Below are positions 17,719 to 25,477 of a stretch of 42,022 nucleotides of DNA, in pieces; the stretch's first letter is position 1, and each line of letters starts with the position of its first letter. The notes beneath the pieces are model-generated. The model was not told the origin of the DNA. It made no database searches and worked only from the letters and a program-made list of their open reading frames with translations. The translations under genes and the position numbers were made by a program. Origin of the DNA: an uncultured bacterium (GTDB lineage Bacteria > Patescibacteriota > Minisyncoccia > Phycocordibacterales > UBA918); the NCBI GenBank assembly GCA_913050645.1, contig CAJXAG010000003.1, forward strand, positions 1-42,022, read 5' to 3'.

Positions 17719-18426
17719 ATGAACACAGTAACAACAGGTGTAGCAATTTCTCCAGTAAACATGGAGGACCGAAAGAACATCGGCATTAAAGCTGGTGACA
17801 CGGTACGCGTACACCAGAAAATTCAAGATAAGGGTAAGACACGTATTCAGGTTTTTGAAGGTGTTGTGCTCGCACGAAAGCACGGAAGTGAGCCAGGAGC
17901 TACATTTACCGTTAGAAAGATGGCTAGTGGAGTCGGTGTAGAAAAAATTTTTCCACTGTACTCACCAAGTATTGATAAGATCGAGATTGTGAAGCGAGCG
18001 AAGGTTCGTCGAGCAAAGCTCTACTTCATCCGAGAGAAGGTTGCACGAGAAATCAAGCGACAAATGCGTCGCATGCGTCTGGTTTCTATTGCATCAGAGT
18101 CTGAAGCAGAAGCAGCAGTACGAGCTGAAGCAGAAGAGGAAGCAGCAAAGGCTGCTGAAGAAGCAAAGAAGGCTGAGGAAGCAGCAGCAGAAGCTACTAA
18201 AGCAGAATCTACCACACAATCTGATGAGTCAGATTCTGAGGCAGACAAGGATGCTACAGAAGACGCACCAGCTGCTGAGGTGTCCGAAGAACAGAGCGAA
18301 AGCGACAATTCTGAAGATACACAGAGTGAGACTCCAGCTGAAGAGGCAACAGAAGAGGTTGCTGAAAAGGCTCCTGCAGAGGAAGAAGCTGCAGAAGTAT
18401 CAACTGACGAAGAAAAGAAAGACTAG
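17719..18426 (+). CDS. rplS: 50S ribosomal protein L19 with a long acidic C-terminal tail
   Basis: GDTVRV, RIQVFEG, TFTVRK..GVGVE and KVRRAKLY. Confidence 0.95.
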   Translation: MNTVTTGVAISPVNMEDRKNIGIKAGDTVRVHQKIQDKGKTRIQVFEGVVLARKHGSEPGATFTVRKMASGVGVEKIFPLYSPSIDKIEIVKRAKVRRAKLYFIREKVAREIKRQMRRMRLVSIASESEAEAAVRAEAEEEAAKAAEEAKKAEEAAAEATKAESTTQSDESDSEADKDATEDAPAAEVSEEQSESDNSEDTQSETPAEEATEEVAEKAPAEEEAAEVSTDEEKKD

Positions 18427-18441
18427 TTTCTTTCAAAAAAC

Positions 18442-18475
18442 AAAAAACTATCGGCATGCCGATGGTTTTTGTTTT
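18442..18475 (+). terminator. Intrinsic terminator after rplS
   Basis: AAAAACTATCGG-catg-CCGATGGTTTTT. Confidence 0.75.
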
Positions 18476-18525
18476 CTGAAACAGAATATTAGAAAACTAA
18501 TTGGTAGACATGATATAGTAGAGGT

Positions 18526-19185
18526 ATGGGAAAGCGTGGACCAAAACCGAAAGGGAGAGTAGACACTTCGTGGCGAGCTGAGCTTGCCTATGCACTTGGT
18601 TTGATTACTGCTGATGGGTCTTTGTCAAAAAACGGCCGCCACATTGATCTTACCTCAAAGGATCTGGATCAGTTAGAAACATACAGAAGTTGTCTTGGTA
18701 TAGAAGATATAAAGATTGGCTCTAAGCGTAGTACTCATGCAAATGATGTTTCGTACTATAGAGTTCAGTTTGGTGACGTGTTGTTTTATCAGTGGCTCGC
18801 GGACAGAGGTTTGGCACCCAATAAATCTAAGACGATTCAGAAAGTTGATGTACCAGATAAATACTTTTTTGATTTCGTGCGTGGTGAATGGGATGGAGAT
18901 GGGACGATCTATTGTTCGGAGGACAAGCGCTGGAAAAACAGTTATGTTGTTAGTATTGCATTTGCAAGTGGGAGTTCAGAGTTTTTGCAGTGGCTTCAAA
19001 AAGAAATTAACAAGAGAATTGGAACTACCGGACACATTCAAGAAAGTACACGTGCGCTACAGCTACGATATGCACGAAGAGATTCAAGAAAACTTTTTGA
19101 CGCTATGTTTTATGTAAACGACCTGCCACATCTTTCAAGAAAGTTTGCAAAAGCTCAAAAAATCTTTAAAATGACGGGACTCTAA
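18526..19185 (+). CDS. Free-standing double-motif LAGLIDADG homing-endonuclease-like protein
   Basis: LAYALGLITADG and FVRGEWDGDG motifs. Confidence 0.85.
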   Translation: MGKRGPKPKGRVDTSWRAELAYALGLITADGSLSKNGRHIDLTSKDLDQLETYRSCLGIEDIKIGSKRSTHANDVSYYRVQFGDVLFYQWLADRGLAPNKSKTIQKVDVPDKYFFDFVRGEWDGDGTIYCSEDKRWKNSYVVSIAFASGSSEFLQWLQKEINKRIGTTGHIQESTRALQLRYARRDSRKLFDAMFYVNDLPHLSRKFAKAQKIFKMTGL

Positions 19186-19196
19186 CGAGTATAGAT

Positions 19197-19278
19197 GCCC
19201 AGGTGGAGAAATTGGTAAACTCGTACGCTTGAGGGGCGTATGCTTAACAGCTTGCTGGTTCAAGTCCAGTCCTGGGCA
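19197..19278 (+). tRNA. tRNA-Leu(GAG)
   Basis: GCCCAGG acceptor stem, TACGC-TTGAGGG-GCGTA anticodon arm, long variable arm and GGTTCAAGTCC. Confidence 0.95.
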
Positions 19279-19481
19279 CAAATCAGTATAAGTAAAAACC
19301 ATCATTCCTAAGAATGATGGTTTTTATTTATAGAAAGCAAACTGCTTTGCTTGCGTGCTGATTTGTGAGCCGGAGACATGTTTTCTGCTCTTTCCTAGAG
19401 CAGAAAACGGTCGAGGCCGGGGAGGAACCACTTAGTATTTGTTGAACCTAGTGAAAAAGAAATGCTTAGTGAGTTGACCCC
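19279..19481 (+). other. Structured 3' trailer of tRNA-Leu (terminator-like hairpin plus further stems)
   Basis: Several nested inverted repeats immediately after the tRNA. Confidence 0.55.
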
Positions 19482-19515
19482 AAGAGAAAGATGTCTTGTT
19501 TGCTATACTTTCTCT

Positions 19516-19950
19516 ATGGAAACCATACAAGACTACTCGTACGGGGTGATACCAGTGCGGAAGGAAGGCGATGAATGGAAAGTGTTTGTGCTGCATCAGA
19601 TATCAAAAGCAGATACCTATTGGACCTTTCCAAAGGGTCACCCGGAAGAAGGGGAGACACAAGAGGAATCAGCACTGCGCGAACTACATGAAGAGACAGC
19701 ACTTGTTCCTGGAAAACTGGAGAAAGAAAAAACATTCGATCAGCAGTATCACTTTATGCAAAATGGCATACGTATACATAAACACGTATCGTATTACATT
19801 GGATATATTGATAACCCTGCCTTCACCATGCAAGAAGAAGAGGTTCTTGATGCGCGGTGGTGTACTTTTGCAGAAGCGAGAGTATTATTAACCTATGACC
19901 TCGCCAAAGAGCTTCTTGATGAGGTTGCTCAATTTTTAACAGGTAAATAA
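19516..19950 (+). CDS. NUDIX hydrolase (Ap4A hydrolase-like)
   Basis: WTFPKGHPEEGETQEESALRELHEET Nudix box. Confidence 0.93.
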   Translation: METIQDYSYGVIPVRKEGDEWKVFVLHQISKADTYWTFPKGHPEEGETQEESALRELHEETALVPGKLEKEKTFDQQYHFMQNGIRIHKHVSYYIGYIDNPAFTMQEEEVLDARWCTFAEARVLLTYDLAKELLDEVAQFLTGK

Positions 19951-19956
19951 ACGACT

Positions 19957-20145
19957 ATGAAGACGTTTAAATGCTATGACTGTGAGAGCTCGTTTCAGGC
20001 AGAGACGCGAGAGATGATTCTCAGTATTCTTTACGAACACTATATGAAGAACCATCACAGTGTTATCAGTAACGCTTCTGATGAGGAGAAGAAGCAGTGG
20101 ATGCAGCAGTTTGAGAAGGATTGGCAAACTGCTGAAGAAGTGTAA
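19957..20145 (+). CDS. Small putative metal-binding protein (DUF1059-like)
   Basis: CxxC...H....H pattern; 62 aa; operon-like spacing. Confidence 0.6.
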   Translation: MKTFKCYDCESSFQAETREMILSILYEHYMKNHHSVISNASDEEKKQWMQQFEKDWQTAEEV

Positions 20146-20156
20146 ATAAAATAAAT

Positions 20157-20801
20157 ATGAATACTCACAAACTGTTATTTGTAGGCCTTGCAATCATTGT
20201 GCTTGGGCTTATTGCCTACTTTGCAATCCCGGCGTCAGACGATGTGCCAAATGATGCAACAAACCAACAGGATACAGATATTGTATCGGAAAAAGATAGT
20301 GGTAGCGGATCGTTCCTCTCGCTTATGGAACGTGATGAAAATATCGCCTGCACCTTTACTTCAGATACAGAGGGTACGAAGTCGGCTGGTATGTTTTATT
20401 ACAGCGATGGAAAATATCGTGTTGAGTCAGAAACAGAAACTGATGGTATGACGTTTACCTCGAACATGATTGGTTTAGAAGACAAGTCATATATTTGGGG
20501 AACGTCACCACAGGGAGATATTGCGCTGGTTGTTGCAAACGATGCTGTAGATGCAGAGGAGTCAGCACGTGAATTTGCTGATAGACAAGAGGAATCCACA
20601 ATCGACCTAGAGGAAGGTGTGGTGTATAACTGCAACCCATGGCAACCAGTTCCAGCTCTGTTGGAACCTCCAAGCGATATAGAGTTTATGGATATGCAGG
20701 AAATGTTAGAAAGCATGTTTTCTGGAGAAATGCCGGATATGCCAGAAGGATTTGAAATGCCTGAGGGGATGGAAATTCCCGCTGATCTACAGATGCAATA
20801 A
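20157..20801 (+). CDS. Hypothetical membrane-anchored acidic protein
   Basis: N-terminal TM helix, two Cys and an MPEG-repeat tail. Confidence 0.8.
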   Translation: MNTHKLLFVGLAIIVLGLIAYFAIPASDDVPNDATNQQDTDIVSEKDSGSGSFLSLMERDENIACTFTSDTEGTKSAGMFYYSDGKYRVESETETDGMTFTSNMIGLEDKSYIWGTSPQGDIALVVANDAVDAEESAREFADRQEESTIDLEEGVVYNCNPWQPVPALLEPPSDIEFMDMQEMLESMFSGEMPDMPEGFEMPEGMEIPADLQMQ

Positions 20802-20937
20802 CTTGCACAAAAAAGAAAACTTGTTACTATCAAAACGTATGACACATACACACACAAATAACCTGCTGGGGCTCCTTCGAAATAGTCGTGGAGCATTCGT
20901 GTGTGTATAGTTTCTCTTAAACAAAGTATGTAGATAC

Positions 20938-20963
20938 AAACCCTCCACGAAAATGGAGGGTTT
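20938..20963 (+). terminator. Intrinsic terminator
   Basis: AAACCCTCCA-cgaaaa-TGGAGGGTTT. Confidence 0.7.
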
Positions 20964-21136
20964 GTTTGTGTCAATGGTGACATATATGTTCTTCCCGTTA
21001 GAGATCAGGAGTGTACATACTTCTGATGGGTAAAACTAACGGACTGTTCTTTAAAACTGAAAAAGAGAATCTTTTGTTGGGAGTGAAGCATAACGTTTCA
21101 ATCTCTAACGGGATTCTATACAAAAGGAGAAAACAC

Positions 21137-22699
21137 ATGGATCAGGTACTCTTCTTCGATACGACGTGTCGAGATGGTAAGCAGGCACCGGGGAATAACC
21201 ACGGACCTGCAGACACGGTGCGTATTGCACATCAGGCTGCTGCACTTGGTATCAATATCTTCGAGGCAGGTTTTGCTGTTTCCTCGGAGCTTGATTTCCA
21301 GTCAGTCTCACGTGTTGCAAAAGAAGTTGATGGTATCGTGCCGTGCTCACTTGCACGCGCAAGCACAAAGGATATTGAAGCAGCTGCACGTGCACTTGAG
21401 GGTGCGCTTGTTTCGCCACGTATCCATACGTTTATAGCAACTAGTGATATTCATATGGAACATAAGCTGCAGATGAGTCGTGATCAGGTGCTTGAAAAAG
21501 TTGCGGATTCGGTACGGTTCGCACGGACATTTGTGGATGATGTGGAGTGGTCTGCGGAGGATGCGATGCGCAGTGACTTTGAGTTTCTTAAGCTCGCGGT
21601 GCGTGAAGCAATTTTCGCCGGTGCACGCACGGTCAACGTGCCAGACACGGTGGGATATCTCATGCCCGGTATGATTCGAGAGAAAGTTTCTCAGCTTATT
21701 GCTGAGGTACCTGAGATTAACGAGTACGGTGTGGTTGTGTCGGTACATTGTCATGATGATCTGGATTGTGCTACCGCCAACACGCTTGCAGGTATCGAAG
21801 GTGGTGCGCGGCAAGTTGAGTGTACGATCAACGGTATTGGCGAGCGTGCAGGGAATACGCACTATGCACCGGTTGTCATGGCACTGTCATTGCATAAAGA
21901 CTACTTTGGTGTGACGCACAGTATCAACACGCAAGCTATTGGTGATACAGCGCGGTTGCTTTCATCAGTGCTCCAAAAGCCAGTGCCGAGCAATTTGCCC
22001 GTTGTGGGTGAAAATGTATTTGCGCATGGCTCAGGTATTCATCAACATGGTGTCAGTGGCAACACACAAACGTATGAGATCATGACACCCGATTCGGTTG
22101 GTTGGAAAGCTGAAGGGTTTCCACTTTCGTCCCAGTCTGGTCGTCGCGGCCTTTCTGAGCGTTTGCGCCTGCTGGGGTACGAGCTTGGCGAGAATGAGCT
22201 GCGCGTTGTGTATGATCGCTTTGAGTCGTATGCGACAGGACGCAGTCTCGTTTCCAACAATGAGCTGCATATGCTCATGCAGCAACATCGGTGTGGGGTT
22301 GACCATGCTGCACATCGCATCGTGCTTGATGATATCTCGTATGCAAAAGTAGGTGATGTTGTTGGAGCAAGTGTAACACTCTGCTATGGGGGAGTGATGC
22401 ATCATGGTAATGGGCGTGGTGCGGGTCCGTTTGCAGCAGCAAAACAAGCTTTGTCGGAAGCATTGCGTGCATGTGATGTTTCACTTGCTGATATTTCGCT
22501 TGTACACTATGACCTTGAGAAAGGAGAAGGTGGTGCAGATGCAATCGGACAGGCACACATTACAGTCCAAAGTGAAACCATGACTGGCTTTGGGTATGCA
22601 GAAAATGTCGATACAGTACTTGCAAGTGTCCAGGCATATGTACAGGCGGTGAATCACTTGTTGCTTGTGGGGATTCCAAAAGATCAGGTGGATGTGTGA
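21137..22699 (+). CDS. leuA: 2-isopropylmalate synthase family (DRE-TIM) enzyme
   Basis: DTT.RDG.Q, PDTVG, HCH, NGIGERAGN, SGIHQ and C-terminal regulatory domain; AAGGAG SD. Confidence 0.85.
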   Translation: MDQVLFFDTTCRDGKQAPGNNHGPADTVRIAHQAAALGINIFEAGFAVSSELDFQSVSRVAKEVDGIVPCSLARASTKDIEAAARALEGALVSPRIHTFIATSDIHMEHKLQMSRDQVLEKVADSVRFARTFVDDVEWSAEDAMRSDFEFLKLAVREAIFAGARTVNVPDTVGYLMPGMIREKVSQLIAEVPEINEYGVVVSVHCHDDLDCATANTLAGIEGGARQVECTINGIGERAGNTHYAPVVMALSLHKDYFGVTHSINTQAIGDTARLLSSVLQKPVPSNLPVVGENVFAHGSGIHQHGVSGNTQTYEIMTPDSVGWKAEGFPLSSQSGRRGLSERLRLLGYELGENELRVVYDRFESYATGRSLVSNNELHMLMQQHRCGVDHAAHRIVLDDISYAKVGDVVGASVTLCYGGVMHHGNGRGAGPFAAAKQALSEALRACDVSLADISLVHYDLEKGEGGADAIGQAHITVQSETMTGFGYAENVDTVLASVQAYVQAVNHLLLVGIPKDQVDV

Positions 22700-22715
22700 T
22701 ACTCAAATAAAAAAC

Positions 22716-22741
22716 AAGGCGGATGCAATCGCATCCGCCTT
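22716..22741. terminator. Bidirectional terminator
   Basis: AAGGCGGATGC-aatc-GCATCCGCCTT. Confidence 0.8.
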
Positions 22742-22744
22742 TTA

Positions 22745-23335
22745 CTATTCCCAATCAGCAGGAAAGCAGTTTTTGTCATAGTATTTTTTCATCACGCAGT
22801 CGTACTGGTGTGCGATGAAGTCCTCGCTCACTACACCTCCCCAAGCGTCAATGCCGACATTGATAATCGGTTGGCCGTTGGGCATATACTGGGTGCGCCA
22901 GATTCCATGGACATGGCCACAGAGGGCCGGTCGCCCATTGAAGTTACTTATGTCGATACAGTCAGTAGGCTTATGTGCCAGCGTATAGATTTTATTGTCT
23001 ACACGTACCACGGATTGCATGTGCACTTCATGAAAAATGGACTGCTCTTGGTTACGCTCGATGAACTCATCAAGGGTAAATGCTTTGTTAGCGTACTCCT
23101 TGTCACCTAGAATGAGAATCTTATGACATTCAGGAAGTCTTTGGAGCGTTCGAAGATCATCAAGTGTAATCCCAATATCACCCAAAAAGACAATTGTGTC
23201 TTCAGATGTAAGCAGGTCTTGGCATTGTTGCAGCCATTCCTCAACCATAACCTCTGTAGGGTGTGGGCGAAGATACGAGTGGGTATTGGGGAGCTGTTGT
23301 TCCCCAACATGCCAGTCGGACGTGAAGTAAATCAT
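22745..23335 (-). CDS. Calcineurin-like metallophosphoesterase
   Basis: FTSDWH, LGD, GHVH and NVGID motifs; the usual GNHD reads GDKE. Confidence 0.85.
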   Translation of the reverse strand: MIYFTSDWHVGEQQLPNTHSYLRPHPTEVMVEEWLQQCQDLLTSEDTIVFLGDIGITLDDLRTLQRLPECHKILILGDKEYANKAFTLDEFIERNQEQSIFHEVHMQSVVRVDNKIYTLAHKPTDCIDISNFNGRPALCGHVHGIWRTQYMPNGQPIINVGIDAWGGVVSEDFIAHQYDCVMKKYYDKNCFPADWE

Positions 23336-23949
23336 GCTGCAGTCCTTCTGCTTTGTAGTGCAATGTTAATTGCTGCATTGACGCTATCTTCGAGTGTTTC
23401 GAAGATAGGTACCTGAGGAACTTTTGTCCGAAGCTCGTACCGCACTGTGTCCCATTCAGGGAACTCAGGATCGGCGCCAATCACAACTCGTAGATCGGGT
23501 TTATGGAACTGGATTGTGGAAATCATTTCACCAAGTTCAAGCATGGTGATTTGTGCATACGATTTCCCTGGATGCTTCTCGTTCTCCGCTTTTTTGCCAA
23601 GAAAGAAGAAGCCACATCCACCAGTGTCTTCAGCTTCGCTTAGACCCATAGCACGGTCGATATAGTAGTTTTCCCAAGCTCTCTGTCGTGGGAAAGTTTC
23701 ATACCGAGGCCAGTCGCGCTCAGCATACTCTGTTGTCTGTTCTGACAATTCGGTCGGTCGAGCAGGACATGCAAAGAAAACATCTTCGTTCATAGTAATT
23801 GCATGTTCAATGGCTCTGCCATGCCAGGGAAACGAATTCCGAATTGGGCCAAGCGAGAAGAGTACCGGCTTACGGGTCGGTATTTTCACCTTGCGACCTG
23901 CGTCTGAAACACCAAACGCGATAGGGAGGTGTATTTGCGTTCGATACAT
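23332..23949 (-). CDS. Nucleoside 2-deoxyribosyltransferase-like protein
   Basis: LFSLGPI...W, QRAWE and TMLELG motifs; AAAGGAG SD; 4-nt overlap with the phosphoesterase gene. Confidence 0.65.
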   Translation of the reverse strand: MYRTQIHLPIAFGVSDAGRKVKIPTRKPVLFSLGPIRNSFPWHGRAIEHAITMNEDVFFACPARPTELSEQTTEYAERDWPRYETFPRQRAWENYYIDRAMGLSEAEDTGGCGFFFLGKKAENEKHPGKSYAQITMLELGEMISTIQFHKPDLRVVIGADPEFPEWDTVRYELRTKVPQVPIFETLEDSVNAAINIALQSRRTAA

Positions 23950-24014
23950 TCTCAATCTCCTTTCTTTGTGAAGTTCTATTCCTGCCGCAACAGTACCATT
24001 TCTTTGCGTTTTGT

Positions 24015-24758
24015 CTATAGACTGCGGCGATTATGCTTGCGCAACTGCCGGAAGAGCATCATAAAGATATCTTTTTGCATTTGCGCAAGTACCGGGTTTT
24101 CAATAATAGTCGCAATAGGTTGGGTGTAGTCGATAAAGGCAATTTTGCTTCCATAGACGATCTGCGATACACCATAGTCAAATGGAAGGTATTCGTCAGG
24201 TACCACCATAAGTGATTCGTCCAATGATGGTTCGCGTGAGGTGGAGTAGGTTGGGTTAGTAATTACGAGGCGTTCAAGCTGAAGCTTGCCACGCTCCTCT
24301 TCGTATCCTTTTGGAAAGCCAACTGACTTTAGCTCATCAACACCTTCCGCACTGTACCGATAGTATGTCTCGCCCTTTTTCAGTGTCAGGAGAATATCTT
24401 CATAGACCGCGTGTACACCTGCTTTACCGTCGAGCCTTCGAACAATCGGCGTTTTATTATCTTGCAGTTGTATGAGTTTTGGGATCACTGTGTCGAGCTC
24501 TTCATGGAGGGAATGAATGCGGTCGCGTAGTCGCTCGGGCGGTTCAGCAGCGTAGTGAATGAGTTTGCCGACACGTCGTTCACTAATAAGACCCTTTTCT
24601 TTCAGGTGGGGAAGGGCACGGTAAATCGCTGGACGGTGGAGTTTGCTTGTGCGCGAAATCTCAGAGATGGTTTGCGTTCCGTACTCAATAAGATCCATAT
24701 AAATGCCCGATTCAGTGTCGGTTAAGCCAAAGTTGGTGAGCAGTTTCTTTAATTCCAT
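24015..24758 (-). CDS. TrmB family transcriptional regulator
   Basis: FGLT..E..IY..L wHTH plus a C-terminal effector domain (YG.KIA, IIEN). Confidence 0.85.
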   Translation of the reverse strand: MELKKLLTNFGLTDTESGIYMDLIEYGTQTISEISRTSKLHRPAIYRALPHLKEKGLISERRVGKLIHYAAEPPERLRDRIHSLHEELDTVIPKLIQLQDNKTPIVRRLDGKAGVHAVYEDILLTLKKGETYYRYSAEGVDELKSVGFPKGYEEERGKLQLERLVITNPTYSTSREPSLDESLMVVPDEYLPFDYGVSQIVYGSKIAFIDYTQPIATIIENPVLAQMQKDIFMMLFRQLRKHNRRSL

Positions 24759-24896
24759 AAATATGTATTTTTATGTTACAACTCTTTTATATCATAAACA
24801 TGGCTAAAAATAAAGCTCTAATACCTAAAAACAGAGTTTTTCACTACACATTGTATTATTTTTTTACACAATTTAACTTAAATATAATATAGTAAG

Positions 24897-25390
24897 GGTG
24901 TTGGAAAGAAAGAAAGCAAACGAAATCCGACACAGTACATAAACAATTTGTTAAATCTGACAACTGAAGGAAGGTTCCTTGCAAGGCTTTTCTTGGATGA
25001 TGTTTTTGTCAGATTTAGCATCAAAAGAGAAAAGCACTGCAAAGAGCGTTTCCTTCCGGAAACGCTCTTTCGCATGCTGGTGTCATGGTGACAACAGGAG
25101 ACAATGCGAAGCTCTTCACAAGCAAAAGGAGAAATAGCTATGGAACTGCTGACAGCACTCTTCATCATAAAGACTGGCGTCATGGCGGTGATCTTGCTGG
25201 GGCTCTGGGTGATGAATCGTTCTTTCAATCAGGCGAGCTGAGGCTCGCCTGATAGCTACAATTTCAATAAATCTGACACATTCCTTCAGTACTGCTTGGC
25301 AGCGCCAAGCAGTCTTGTGTGGAGTGTTTATGACAAATGCTCTGTGTTATCGCAGGTTCACCTGATGGATAGCGCGTTCTTTAAAGCTTC
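24897..25390 (+). ncRNA. Candidate large structured RNA or structured mini-ORF mRNA
   Basis: Upstream TTTACA-16-TATAAT, at least six hairpins and a long-range 5'-3' pairing; boundaries approximate. Confidence 0.45.
25140..25241 (+). CDS. 33-aa hydrophobic mini-protein (alternative in-frame start at 25104)
   Basis: AAAGGAG SD; MELLTALFIIKTGVMAVILLGLWVMNRSFNQAS; the stop codon lies in the loop of an 11-bp hairpin. Confidence 0.55.
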   Translation: MELLTALFIIKTGVMAVILLGLWVMNRSFNQAS

Positions 25391-25402
25391 AAGGCGGTAG
25401 TC

Positions 25403-25430
25403 TTGACATATCAGTTATTTTGTTCATAAT
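25403..25430 (+). promoter_or_regulatory. Sigma70-type promoter for the flotillin gene
   Basis: TTGACA-16-CATAAT. Confidence 0.5.
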
Positions 25431-25477
25431 TTTGCGCAGACTAACGAAGATCCTCAAAAGAGAAAAGGAAAACGAAA

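Noticed and set aside
18427-19196. Group I intron or intein hosting the LAGLIDADG gene
   Set aside because: rplS and tRNA-Leu are intact, there is no room for a ribozyme core and no intein splice residues are present
24897-25390. tmRNA, RNase P RNA, SRP RNA or a known riboswitch
   Set aside because: No tRNA-like ends or tag reading frame, and no RNase P or SRP consensus motifs recognised
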